Assembly: GCA_054600435.1 (NCBI GenBank)
Contig: BAAIJX010000056.1
Coordinates: forward strand, 62,001 to 126,000
Direction of reading: 5' to 3'
DNA from: Neophaeotheca triangularis
Taxonomy: Eukaryota
Length of the DNA stretch: 64,000 bases
Shown: in pieces, positions 11,602 through 23,601 of the stretch
How positions within the stretch are numbered: position 1 is the first letter of the stretch
Layout: the number at the start of each line of letters is the position of its first letter
Translations under genes and position numbers: made by a program
The notes under the pieces: model-generated
The model's input: only the letters and a program-made list of their open reading frames with translations
Database searches by the model: none
What the model was told of the DNA's origin: nothing

Positions 11602-12942
11602 CTACCTAAACCGACTCCCCGGCAGTTTCTGATACGGCAACGGCTCAATCTTCTTCCGCCTAAACTCGACATCCGCACCCGGCACGCCCGCCCTCTCCAT
11701 GACACCCGCAGTCCCCTCGTCCCATTCGGTACGGAAAAGATCGACACCAATAGGTGTAAGATCAAACACATCGGCGAAGCTCTGGAGATTGAAACCGTCT
11801 CTGGTCATAGTACGCTCACGGCCTTTATATGAGCTCCATACTCCGGTAGCTTTGATGGTCTCGATGCTGATCTGGCTCGGTTGCTCGAGGACGACAACGG
11901 ACATGCGTTGGTAGTCTAGACCCTTCTGCGCAAAAGCTGGCAACCAGGGGAGGAGTTGTTGGGAGGCTTCGTTTACGTTTCCGAAGTGAATGGATGTTTT
12001 GGTGGGGGAGATTGTGATGTTGCTGGCGAGGAAGTGGCAACGGTAGGTGAATCCGTCTTTTCCCACTTCAGGAACGTCGGGGTTGATTACAGCAATCGTG
12101 ACGAGCTTCTCTCCCTTGTCGAATGATTGGACGTTGAGGACGGGAGGGCCTTCGCTGACTCGCGAGTCTACTTTGTCACCGTGTTGAACTCTTCGTCGGC
12201 GGAAGGTGAGGGATGTAGAAACGATAGGGTCAATGTTGGGCAGGACGTCCGGGACAACGTTCATGGTGTTAATGCGCTGCATGAGAACCTGGCGTTTGTA
12301 GTTGCGCCATTTCTTGTCCGCGAGATGGCGGTAGATGGGCTTGTCCATATCGCCTGCGCATGAGTGTTAGCCAGAGCATGCGTGTATTGCCAATTTGATT
12401 CGCTTACCGAGGCCATCTTCAAACTTCTTCTTAACAACAGGATCGTTGATGTCGGCCAAAATCTTAGTCTCCTCCAACCGCCGCCTCATGCTATCAAGCC
12501 TATGCTGCTTGCTATTCTCATTCTGCACGCCTACTTCCTGCTGCTCCAGCTGGTGAATGCGCGTTCTCTGTTTCTGTATCTCCTCTAGCTTTTCCTTGCG
12601 ATCTTCCTGCAGAAACTTCCTTGCTTCTTGAAAGGCTTGGTACGGAAGCTGCTCGAATGGGATACCAGGGGATACATTGAGGGCCGCGCGACGTCTTCGG
12701 GAACCTAGGGGGTTGATGTGCTGACGTTTGACCAGGCGGCGCTCGTTTTGCTTACCAACTACAAGGTTGGGGTCAAGGAGTTTAGGCAGGTCCGCTGACG
12801 CGGAGTCGTTGGAGGAGCCCTGGGTTTCGGTTTCGAGGTTGGAGGTCGCGGTGCTGGAGAAGGATCGGTGAGCAATAGCCAGTATCCGGTCGTGTTTGGT
12901 ACACCGCCAGCATCGCGCTGCAAGGCCGCTGCTCCTCTCCAT
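11602..12942 (-). CDS. MRPL35: Mitochondrial ribosomal protein mL38/MRPL35 (PEBP-like domain); intron 12407-12354
   Basis: GSRRRRAA...IPFEQLPYQAFQEARKFL, ADINDPVVKKKFEDG|DMDKPIYRHLADKKW and VVPDVLPNIDP. The GTAAGC..CTAAC..CAG intron joins the two ORFs. Confidence 0.92.
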
Positions 12943-13143
12943 GATGTCGAAATGTAGCTGGCAGAGAGGGATTATGGCATGTACAAGACAAAAGCAAGCC
13001 ATCGCATCCCCGAACCTTCATCTGTCACGAAGCCGAGTCTTGGCGGAAGTTTTGCGGCGAATCAGCCGACACCTCCGAGACGTTGATGAACTTTAAAGAA
13101 TTAAAACAATATCTAATGTCTTGCAAATCTCAGTGGTAACGAC

Positions 13144-15522
13144 ATGACTGAGGTTGAACTCGAGCTCATTGCCGTTGGTGGCAACCGCCATCCGTCAGCC
13201 GCGGACTGGGTGGATGGTCTGCTTGCATTTGGCGCCGGCAACAGCATTGCCCTCTGGAATCCTGATCACACGAACGGGATATTCGCTTTGCTTAAAGGGC
13301 ATACGGATGCGGTCAATGCGGTCAGAGTCTACGAAAAAGGGGACATTCGTTGTCTCATTAGTGGCTCCTCGGACAAGACTATCCGTATGTGGAGGAGAAT
13401 CGAAGGCCAGGCCTCTTTCAAGGAACAGCAAACTCTCACGGGTCACGAAGCGTCCATTAATGGGATCGCTATATTGCCGGAGCATGACCTATTCGCCACA
13501 GCCTCAGCAGATGGCACGGTGAAGCTATGGCGGTTTGCTGGAGACCAAGTCGAACTAGCTCAGACAATCTCTTTGAAGCCTCGCTATATTCCCATGACGG
13601 TCGCGCTCGCCTCCCTTCCCTCTGGAGATGTGGTACTAGCCGTCGCCGGGACCTCATCAATCATCCAGCTCTTTAGCAATCCAGAAAAGGGTGTGGATCT
13701 GACGCATCAAGCCACTCTGACTGGCCATGAAGGCTGGCTGCGGTCTCTTGATTTTGCGCTCGAGAAACACAACGCAGGTTCAGATCTGTTGCTTGCTTCT
13801 GCTAGCCAGGATAAGTATATCCGGCTGTGGCGTCTCAAGCCCTCTGAACGCGAGAAGGCGTCGGATTCTGGATCCCTCGACATTCTTGCCGGCTCTGCGA
13901 AGAAGTCCCTCTCTAACAAAGCTCAGAGGGTAGGCAGCCAGGCATCTCAGTATACTGTCACTTTCGAAGCTTTGCTGATAGGCCACGAAGACTGGATCTA
14001 CACTGCGCGTTGGGGTCCGAGGCAGTCACCCAGTGAGCCCTTGATTTTGATGTCTGCTTCCGCGGATAACTCTGTTTCAATGTGGAGTGCGGATGAGGCT
14101 TCAGGGTTGTGGGTATGCGATACCAGGCTTGGCGAGATTAGCGCTCAAAAGGGGTCTACGACGGCCACTGGCAGTACAGGAGGTTTCTGGATTGGGCTGT
14201 GGTCGCCAGACGGTCGTTCTGTAGTCAGTCTCGGTCGTACGGGCAGCTGGCGAAGATGGACGTACGATCAGCCTTCCGATATGTGGATGCAGCAGTTGGG
14301 CATTGGTGGGCACACCAAGGACGTACAAAGCGTAGCATGGGCACCAGATGGTTCATACCTCCTATCTACTGGCCTGGACCAGACGACGAGGTTACTCGCT
14401 GAGTGGAAGCGAGACAGCACGCGAAGCTGGCACGAGTTTGCGCGGCCGCAAATCCACGGCTATGATCTCAACTGCATCGACACATTGACAAGCAACCAGT
14501 TCGTTTCAGGAGCAGACGAGAAGCTACTCCGAGTCTTCAACAAGCCCAAAGCTATGGACTCTCTCCTAGCCAAGCTGAGCGGCTCGAAACCCACCATCAA
14601 CGGCGATCTGGCCGACGCTGCCAGCATTCCCGTGTTGGGCTTGTCGAACAAAGCAGTCGCAGCCACCGACGACGACACCAACGGCGTGGACAACGACGAA
14701 AACGGCGACGTAGCTTCTGTCCCGCAAAAGTCAACTCTCGACCTCGATCACCCGCCTTTCGAAGACCATCTAGCTCGCCACACTCTCTGGCCCGAGCACG
14801 AAAAGCTCTATGGCCATGGGTATGAGATTTCTGCCGCGGCTACGAGTCCAGATGGAAGTCTGATAGCCACTGCCTCCAAAGCCAGCACCATCGATCATGC
14901 AGTCATACGTCTTTTTGAAACTAGAGAATGGCGGGAAGTCAAACCGCCTCTCGCGGCGCACACCCTGACTGTTACTGCGCTGGCGTTCTCGGGAGATAGT
15001 CAGTATCTTCTAAGCGTGGGGCGAGACAGACAGCTAGCAGTATTTGCCCGTTCGGAAGAGTTGGGCTTGCAGTACCAACTACTCGTCTCGAACCCGAAAG
15101 CTCATTCAAGGATGGTGTTGGATTGCTCATGGGCGCCTACGAGTATAGGAGCTGTCTTCGCTACTGCAGGCCGCGATAAGAACGTCAAGATCTGGCGCTT
15201 GGAGGGAGGAAATTTGGAGTGCGTTAGCACTGTTGCAGCAGCGGCTTCGGTCACTGCTGTTGCTTTCGCGCTGCGGAGTAACGGAGACGGAGGATCGAGT
15301 CTGGCTTATGGTACGGAAACTGGGGAGGTCGCTGTGCTGAAGCTGTCGGAGAATGGACTGCAAGTCGTCGACACGAGTGTTGTGTCTCACGAATTTTCAC
15401 CTGCCGCTGCTATCACGGAATTGGCTTGGCGGCCTGAGGATCACCAAAGCACTGCGGAGGGACAGTCGAGATTACTCGCGATTGCGAGTGAAGACTGCTC
15501 TGTCCGGATGCTGAAGGTTTGA
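13144..15522 (+). CDS. ELP2: Elongator complex protein 2 (WD40 repeats)
   Basis: 792 aa of WD repeats with LASASQDKYIRLW, FEALLIGHEDWI, WHEFARPQIHGYDLN, FVSGADEKLLRVF and TLWPEHEKLYGHGYEI. Confidence 0.95.
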   Translation: MTEVELELIAVGGNRHPSAADWVDGLLAFGAGNSIALWNPDHTNGIFALLKGHTDAVNAVRVYEKGDIRCLISGSSDKTIRMWRRIEGQASFKEQQTLTGHEASINGIAILPEHDLFATASADGTVKLWRFAGDQVELAQTISLKPRYIPMTVALASLPSGDVVLAVAGTSSIIQLFSNPEKGVDLTHQATLTGHEGWLRSLDFALEKHNAGSDLLLASASQDKYIRLWRLKPSEREKASDSGSLDILAGSAKKSLSNKAQRVGSQASQYTVTFEALLIGHEDWIYTARWGPRQSPSEPLILMSASADNSVSMWSADEASGLWVCDTRLGEISAQKGSTTATGSTGGFWIGLWSPDGRSVVSLGRTGSWRRWTYDQPSDMWMQQLGIGGHTKDVQSVAWAPDGSYLLSTGLDQTTRLLAEWKRDSTRSWHEFARPQIHGYDLNCIDTLTSNQFVSGADEKLLRVFNKPKAMDSLLAKLSGSKPTINGDLADAASIPVLGLSNKAVAATDDDTNGVDNDENGDVASVPQKSTLDLDHPPFEDHLARHTLWPEHEKLYGHGYEISAAATSPDGSLIATASKASTIDHAVIRLFETREWREVKPPLAAHTLTVTALAFSGDSQYLLSVGRDRQLAVFARSEELGLQYQLLVSNPKAHSRMVLDCSWAPTSIGAVFATAGRDKNVKIWRLEGGNLECVSTVAAAASVTAVAFALRSNGDGGSSLAYGTETGEVAVLKLSENGLQVVDTSVVSHEFSPAAAITELAWRPEDHQSTAEGQSRLLAIASEDCSVRMLKV

Positions 15523-15683
15523 GGGGTGTTATATGTTACAGCCGAGTAAGCCTTGGTTGGGGATGCAAACCTCACTTCACTTTGGCACTGCCTCCTCCGA
15601 CATCCAGCGCTGTGCTTACGAGGCACATCCGTCCACCGACATAACACTCTCTCCAACCATCCACACCAAAAATAAGCGACAGC

Positions 15684-16070
15684 ATGCCCAAACGCAAGCA
15701 AGACGATTCCGGTATCGATAATCTCAACCATGCCAAAGCGCCCCGAGTAACCAGCTCTACCGAACCTGAAAGTCAGTCCAACCTGTCACTACACTCAGTC
15801 TCCAAGCCAGACTACTGATGTTTCATAGAAGACTTCTTCCAACAACGAAGCCAAGAAGCTTTCCAAAGGCATACGGCGCTTCAAAGCGAGAAAGCGGCGT
15901 ACCAGGATAGGATCGATGCGGCTAAGGGAAAGTTGAGGGCGATTAAGGTGACTGAGGAGAGACACCGAGAGGAGGCAGATGCCGAGGAAAGGGAAGAAAC
16001 GATGACGGAGGAGAGGGATATTTCTTACACGGGGGTTCTTAACGAGAGCAAGATTTCTCGTACTGGGTAA
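15684..16070 (+). CDS. Small orphan protein (109 aa; exons 15684-15771 and 15829-16070) with basic N-terminus and coiled-coil C-terminus
   Basis: Not in the ORF track. MPKRKQDDSG...; a 57-nt intron (GTCAGT..CTGAT..TAG) splices in frame to DFFQQRSQEAFQRHTALQSEKAAYQDRIDAAKGKLRAIK...; stop TAA at 16068-16070. Confidence 0.65.
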
Positions 16071-16364
16071 GATTGCGCGAGAAGCGAGTGGGTGTCGGAA
16101 GGATGAGTGGGACGCTCTTTGACAAGGGGAGAAGTCCTTTCAAGCTTGGTATCATATGATCGATCCCTTTTGAGTAGTGAGATTTTTGGACATTCAATTC
16201 TCCGCTCTAGCTAGCTACTTCTTGCGCTCTCAAGCATTCCTCAGAGCAAAGCAAAGAGTAGAGATCCAAGCTAGCTACAAATACCACACACCCATCCCCC
16301 TCACGCCCCTGTCCTCCCCAACCCACACCACACACTCACACGACAAGATAACAAGGATCCCACA

Positions 16365-16913
16365 ATGCCCCCCAACGACGACGAAGACCCGATCCTCATG
16401 GCCAGCTACCTCGGGCCCTCTCCGCCACAACCACGCCGTCCCTGGCACCGCCCGCGCGCCCAACTGCACTTCCTAGCCTCCACCGCTTCCCGCACGTACA
16501 CGCTGCTCAACAACCCACCGACCCCACACTGGCTCCTCTCGGCCCAAAACCTCCGCCAAACAACCGCCTGCCTGCACCTCCTGCACTCGCAAACCCTCGA
16601 GCTCCTCGACTACTGCCGCGCCGACCTGACGCCCGCTGAAAACCACTCGCGGCTGTTTCGAGCGGTGGAAGCGCTCGTTGCGAAAGTGGAGGGGTTGAGT
16701 GCGGCTTATGAGCAGCTGGCGGAGAGGGTTTGGGGGTTTTTCAGGCGGGGTGTGGAGGAGAGGGAGGCCGGGCAGAGGGTTTTTGCGGCGTGGTTGGAGC
16801 GGGATTTGGGTGCTGTGAGGGAGGGGAGTCTTTTGGATGGCGAGGTGAGGGTGGTTAGTGAGGGGTTGACTGGCCTTTGTGAGGAGTGGGTCAGGGATCC
16901 GCTTGGGGGGTGA
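16365..16913 (+). CDS. Hypothetical helical protein (182 aa)
   Basis: ATG in ACAATG context, open for 182 codons, amphipathic helical composition, C-rich to G-rich polarity. Confidence 0.65.
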   Translation: MPPNDDEDPILMASYLGPSPPQPRRPWHRPRAQLHFLASTASRTYTLLNNPPTPHWLLSAQNLRQTTACLHLLHSQTLELLDYCRADLTPAENHSRLFRAVEALVAKVEGLSAAYEQLAERVWGFFRRGVEEREAGQRVFAAWLERDLGAVREGSLLDGEVRVVSEGLTGLCEEWVRDPLGG

Positions 16914-17397
16914 GCGTGGGAGGGGACGGGTCTGGGGGAGGGTTAGGGGGGATGGTGGGTTTTGGGGTGGTGGTTCAGGGGAAGGTGGGTTGGGGTGCAG
17001 GGTGCTGGGTTGCTGGGAAGTCTTCTTCCAGGGTCCTCGTGAATGACGACCATCCGGACTCGTCACTGCAAGTGGACTTGGTGAATGCCCCTCCAAAGGA
17101 TGGAAGAAGCCTTCACTACCCTCTACCAAACCCTTGAAGTACTTTGAAAGTCGCACGTGCCAAACAAAGATCTACTTCACAGCATACATGACCGTTGCAC
17201 GTGAGAGCTGCAATTGTTCTACGCACGTAGCCAAGGAAGCAAAAGCACGTGAAAGCTTGCAGTTAGGGGTATTTCTTCCACTCCAGTCCGCAGGAGCGTT
17301 CTCGACCTTTGCCTTCTCTTGCTCCAGAGTCCAAACAAGCACGAAAATACCAGCGGCGCGGGCAATGCAAGTGGCTTCTGTTCTTCGAACTCTCGCC

Positions 17398-18728
17398 ATG
17401 GATTCGAGCGGCAATGGCAGTGAAGTTGGCGAGAAGCGTAAATACTCCGACCTTGACAAGGGTGCCTCACCCAAGCGTCAGCGTCTGGAAAGCCCCTTGC
17501 CGGCTTTGAAGGACGGTATCGACACGGACGCGGAGGGAGACTCTGATCCTCCGTATTCTGACACGCCTACCCAGGATGAGCAGCAACAAGAGCAGAGCCA
17601 GGGTGTTGTCGGTCAAGAGGCGGTGCCCGAGGAGCAGAGGTTCGAGTTTCCGGGGGTCGTCGAGGGGCACTATGCTCTTCAAGCGGCGCTTGACAGGCCT
17701 CAGCCTCTTTATTTTGACGGCGAAGATGGTGACTCCGACCCTCCTCCGTCAAGTGATGGCGAATCTGATCCGGCCCGCTCGAGTGTGCACTCGGACGCCG
17801 TTGATGCGATCGATATAGCGACTAACAACCCTCGCTCCGACAACACGAACGCAAATTTCGACAAGGTTAATGCTGTTGATACAATAGTTAACAACACTCG
17901 CTCCGACAACTTTCTCGAAGAGTACGGTGCCGTTGATACTACCGACACGGCTACCAACAACCCTCGCTCCGACAACGCAAACAAAAATTTCGAAGCTATT
18001 GAAGCCGTTGATTTAACATTTAACAACCCTCGTACCGACAACTTTCTCGAGAGCTACGATGCCATTACCGCTCCGACTTTTGACTACGAAGACGCTGATT
18101 CGGATCCTCCACGGTCGATTGAAACTTCCGGAGCCGTTGATGTAACCGGCACAGCCGCCAACAACCCTCGCCCCGACAAGCTTCGAAAAAGCTACGATGC
18201 TTTCGACGCTCCAAATCTTGACTACGAAGACGCTGACTCGGATCCTCCCCGGTCAAGTGAGACTTCTAGTGCCGTTGACGCCGTTGATGCAACCGACATA
18301 GCCGCCAACAACCCTCGCCCCTCCGACAACGAACCCATCAAACAACAAAACTACGCCCTTCCAACCAACCCCTCCACCCAAGCCCTTCTAGGCCCTACCG
18401 ACGAGCGCGATCTCAATCCCTCTATCCTCACACCCGAAAATCCAAAGTGTAAGTCCCACCACCTACCGTTAACATATAGCCCCCAATAACCCTCGAAAAT
18501 TGTGCTAACAACCTTTTGCTCCTGTTAGCTATTGTCCAAGAGAAAGTAGCACAAGTCTACCACTTGCAAGCCAAGAAAGCGGAGCAAGCGGCTCAACTGC
18601 ATGAATTGGATGCTATAGCTGACCGGGAGAGGCAGAGGTTGTGGAGATTGAGGGGAGAGCGTGAAGCTCGCCGTGAGCGCGGCAAGGCGAGGTTGAGGCA
18701 TGCGGCTTGGTTGTTTGGGTGGGTGTAA
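17398..18728 (+). CDS. Orphan acidic repeat protein with NLS-like motifs and C-terminal coiled coil; intron 18449-18528
   Basis: MDSSGNGSEVGEKRKYSD..PKRQRLE; internal NNPRxDN and DSDPP repeats; GTAAGT..GCTAAC..TAG intron joins in frame to IVQEKVAQ...LFGWV*. The start could instead be 17365. Confidence 0.75.
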
Positions 18729-19303
18729 GAGGACTAGGGGATGTGAAGGTAGGGGAGGGGGCTTGGTGGACTGAGTGATAGAGGGGGTGGAGATGGTGCT
18801 AACGGGAAGGGAAGCGGGGATGGATCGATGGTTCTGATTGATAGGGCAGGATGAGGGTAGGAGAGCCTTTTGCATGGATGCGAGTGAGGGTGAGGTGAGC
18901 TGCAGCATTGCATTATTATTATTGATATTGATTATCATCCTAGCATTCGCTTTCCTCGTGACATGTGGCCAAGAATGGAACCTTCCAAGCTTGTAAGAGA
19001 TGAAGTCGATCGCGGCCCACATCAGCCCCACGTGTCAAACGGCATCGCGTGTGATAATAATTACACCGAAAAGGGCTAAAGAAAGCAAGGACAGCCCACG
19101 TTTGGCCTTGGCTAGACCCCGCTGACGTCGTGGCTGAGCAGGCTGAGCAGGCTGATATTGCTTGAATGAACCAGGGCAGACCAACGTGACCAACTTCCTT
19201 CTTAATGCCCCGTTTCTTGTTTTAACCTCACCTCGACATCCTTCAAACCCTACACCGCCAAACAATAACAACAACAAACCACCTCCCACCCCTAACACGC
19301 GCT

Positions 19304-20893
19304 ATGGAGACGATCAAAAACGCCATGGGCCTCGGAGCCGCGCATCAGGCTGGCCAAGAACCCGTCTCTGGGCAGACTGGTGAAGGAACCGCGACAGCGC
19401 CGTATGACGCCGGTAACCAGCAAGGTACAATTCTTTGCGAAGATCCTACTAGAGGCTCCATATCTGACATCAGTTTGCGGCGACTAATCAACATTTCATG
19501 CAGACGATCCCGCGTTAGCTGGAAAAGCCCCTCAAGAGACTGGTGAAATCCCCCCCCCACCTCCCTCTCTCTCTTCTTCTCTCTCTAACATTCACATACA
19601 GTCCCTCAATCTCTCAGTGATACCCCATCTTCCAACCCTACTCACGACGAGTTTGCAATTCCCACCAGAGCCACCCACAAACCTCTTGACCCTTCAGCCG
19701 ATACTCTAGGTGGCACTACTGCTACTTCGACCTCGACTGGTGAGTTTGCAAAGTCTACTTCATTCACTCCTACCACTGGGGGTGTAAGTGTAAGCAGGGA
19801 GAGGGAAGTGGAATCCAAGCCGGAGACTGTTCCTGGATCCCAGCCTGCTTCAGGAGCTGCCACTGCACCTGATCCAGCTCCAGCTCCAACTCACCAGCCA
19901 GAGACCCAACCGGAGCCAAAGGTTCAGCCGCAAAGCCAGCCGCAGAGTCAGCCTGAGAGTGCGGTCGCGGGAGGCAAGCCTACAATTGGTAGCTCTGCCT
20001 GGTTCAAGACTGCATTGCCTCCTGGCAAGCAGCCGGCGGCCCAAGAGCCTTCCAAAGAGTCAAGCAAAGCCACCGCTGCTTCGACTCAACCCACTCAATC
20101 CTCTGGTACTCCAGCACCAGCACCTGCACCTGCACTAGTTTCAGCACCAGCACCAGTACCAGCCCAACCTTCAGCACCCTCTTCAAAACAAAACACCAAC
20201 ACAACATCTCCTGACCCTTCCAAACCCAACCATCTCGCAGAAGACGTTCCAGAAGGTCATTCCAGAGACTTCAACACTAACGCTTACCCGCCAAAAGCAG
20301 AACAAACCATGTCCACCTCCCAAAACACCAACACCAACGCCATGGCCGCTACTCAACCCATCCCCGACGATAGTGTAGGCTCCTCCGCTGCACCCCCTAC
20401 CTCCGATGCCGGCATTCCCTCCCGCGACCTTCCCGGTACCCGCGGCTCCAAAGGCTCCATCGCCCCAACCGCACCCGACTACTCCAACTCTCCTCTCAAA
20501 CCCGCCGATGCCGCCCACCCCGTCCACCACGGCCACGGCGGCTCTATCCCAACCGCAGGCGGTGTCCCTATAGGCCAAGCCGCAGGCGAAGCCCGTCGCG
20601 CCTCCATCGCTGAGCGCAAGAGTATGCAAGCCGACACTCCCGCCGACATTCCTCAGACCTCCGAAAACGCCAGCGCTCCACCGAACGAGGGCAAGACTAG
20701 CGGGACTGACACGGCTTTCAACAACCCTTTCGGCGAGGGCAAGACTAGCGCCAAAGAGGACGGTTCCACCAGCTCGAACGCGGCGAGCGGGGAGAGCAAG
20801 GGAAAGGAGGGTAGCCCGCAGGATGAGGGCGAGGGCAAGCAGAGCACCAAGGAGAAGATCAAGGAGAAGTTGCACATTGGCTCGCACAAGTAG
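19304..20893 (+). CDS. Hydrophilic, intrinsically disordered stress-type protein (exons 19304-19424, 19504-19542, 19602-20893)
   Basis: N-terminal GQEPVSGQTGEGTATAPYDAGN motif; two introns restore one reading frame; P/S/T/A/Q-rich body; ends KEKIKEKLHIGSHK*. Confidence 0.8.
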
Positions 20894-21804
20894 GTGCAAA
20901 CAAGCGACCATGGAAAAGAGGGAGGTAATATGGAAAGTTATCAAGGGGAGAGTGGGGCGATGTTTCTTTGCTAGATGACGACGACGACGACCAGAACGCG
21001 AATGCGGATACCCATTTCCTGCTGTGCAGTGTTCGATCCCATATTCTTTTCTTTTTGGCTTTTGTGACGGTTGTTTGACTTTTGTGCCAGCCTTGCTTTT
21101 CACACCCAGCGAGATAATGGCTACTGTAGTAATCTTGAGAGGTATGTCTACAGGTCTTGGTTTCGCCATGCCGCGCTTTTCGTCCATTTCTTCTTCTTTG
21201 TTGCCCGGCGCTCTCTTTCGCAGTGCATGACATAGGCTAGAAGGGGGAGATAGGTCATTAGCTCCCCCTCACCATCTCTAAATATTCAAGGAACGAACCG
21301 CCGAGTAAGAACCACGAGCCGTCCGCGAAGGCTTACCAGAGGTCTTATTTAGCATCACGGATGTAAAACCTCTCAACTACGAATCACGATGGCTTTTTGT
21401 TGGAGCGGGCTGGGTGCTTGACCTTGTACTGTTGAGAAGCGAACGGGGGCTTGGTGTAGAGATGGCAAGTACGGCCTACCGGCGCTCTGGGCCGATTGCT
21501 TGCTTTTTGTGATTCGTGTTTGCCGTGCGAGACAGCTCATTACTTCGATGATTCCGGAAGTGCGGACGGATCAGGGACCTGCTTTTTTCCTATTCGAAAG
21601 CGTCCGGCTTCTCGAATCCACCCTCCAGGGCGTTGAGCGCGCAGGTATCACGGTCGCCACGGCTGCAGGCGACTCTATCCAGACCATGCCTAGACCATTG
21701 CGAATAGCCAAACAGCTGAAACCTCTCTTTTCGAGCTCTAAAGCAAATCACTAACCCCCGTCTCTACCACCCAACCCACCCCTCCACCCATCAACGCAGC
21801 CCTC

Positions 21805-22924
21805 CTACTCCATCTCCGGCCCCACAACATTCCACGGCCTCCCGTCAATCAGATTCCCCCTCATAGTCTCCGCACTCTTACTCCTAATATCGACAAAACT
21901 CTCCGGCGAGTAAAAAGCCGAATGACACGTGAGCACCAACCTGCCCTCCAACCACTCCTCCCTAGCCCGATAAGCCCGAATCAGCGAAGGCACATTATGC
22001 TCCGGTATCGGCTCCTCGGGCAGGACATCCAGCGCCGCGCCCGCGAGAATGTCCTCCCGCAAGCAGCGCTCCACGCCGTCGAGGCACAGCACCTCGCCGC
22101 GCGAGGTATTGACCAGCACCGCGCCCCGCGGGAGCAGCGAGAGCAGGCTGTAGTCCACCATGTTGCGGGTGCCGGAGGTGCAGGGGGTATGCAAGCTCAG
22201 AACGTCGGAGCGGCGGAACAGATCGCGGAGGTCGTGCGTCCGCGAGATGCCGAGGCTCTTGTCCACGCCGTTGGGCAGGTAAGGGTCGTAGAACAGGACG
22301 TGGAAGCCGAAAGTTTTGGCTCGCAGGGCGGCGGCCGTGCCGATGCGGCCGAGGCCTAGGATCCCGAGGGTTTGGGTTTGGAGGCGCGCGATTAGTGGTG
22401 TTGCGAGTTGCATCCATGGCGCTGGGGGCGTGGCGCGTTGTTTGTCGTGGTGGAGGAGGATGCCGCGGCGGAGCGTGAGGATTAGGGCGATGGCGTGGTC
22501 GGCGATTTCCGCGGTGCCGTAGTCGGGGACGTTGGCGACGGTGATGTTTTTGGCGGCGAGGGCGTGGCGGTCGAGGCGGTCGTAGCCGACGCCCATGCGG
22601 ACGATGCTGGGGGTTGATGGGGGTTAGCTTGGTGGTGGAGGGGAGTTGGAGGGGGGTAATGGGAACGAACACTTTGAGATTTGGGAAGAGTTCGATGTCT
22701 TCGGCGGTGAAGGGAAGTTTGAGCACTTCGATCCCGTCGACTTTTTCTCGTAGCTCGCGGGGGATGGTCGACCATGGTTTTGGCTCGGGGGTTCCTGTCG
22801 GCCAGAGATGGGTTTGGTGGTAGTTTATTTGGTAGTCTTGGCCCGGGGATGGTGCGAAGATTTCTTGCTCGACTCTGTCGTCTGGGTATAGCCCGTCGGC
22901 TTGGATGATTGTGTAGGTCTTCAT
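21805..22924 (-). CDS. D-isomer-specific 2-hydroxyacid dehydrogenase (CtBP-like); intron 22670-22607
   Basis: VRMGVGYD, NVPDYG, Rossmann GLGRIG, VNTSRG, LDVLPEEP and TCHSAFYS (catalytic Arg/Glu/His). Confidence 0.92.
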
Positions 22925-23601
22925 GGTGCTTTTATTGCGTTGATGTCGAGGTGTTTGGCAGGCGATTCGTCTCTGCGATGAATGTTGAACCTTTGGATTG
23001 TCGGTTGACCTGTCTTCTTGCGGGAGCGTCGTCGGGAGTCGTATGCTTCGCGATAATTTTAAGTTGCGTCAATGTGCTCGTTGATCATGCTAGAGCATGT
23101 ACTGGTTGCAAAGGTGTAGTTAAGGTAAGGGTGGGGTTTTCCGTGGGGGTGCCACTGAGCAAACGCCGACATCTGGACGAACGGACCCGACCTCACCTCT
23201 TCTCTTCCACCTACTTCTACAAAGACTACCGGCACAGAATCTTTCCCTTAGTACATGTCTCGCCTCGCCTGATTTGGGTGCCCAGATTACTGGACGATAA
23301 AGGCTACTACAGTGAAGAAGAATTCAATGCTCACCGGTACTCGACTGAGGGCGGAGGTCGAAGCCAGTACAAGCATCATGATCAGGCTATGAACGGGTTG
23401 TAAAGCTAGCCCACTGCTTGCAACATGATAGGACGTGGATCGACTCAGCATCTCAATAGTGGATATTGCGAGCAGCTGCCCGCGATGGCCAAAACCGTAT
23501 CCTTGGTGCCTCCCCAGCTCATCTTCCAAGAAGAACCCTTGCTTAGCAGCATGCATCGTGTCCTCCTCTCCATCCTGGTCGACTAGGCCTCCGAGCCACA
23601 T

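Noticed and set aside
21025..21045. GTTCGATCCC as a tRNA T-loop/B-box
   Set aside because: No cloverleaf stems or A-box in the flanks.
20183..21187. 334-aa antisense ORF, and the similar 39315-40058 and 25757-26452 ORFs
   Set aside because: Shadow frames of real genes or pseudogenes on the opposite strand.
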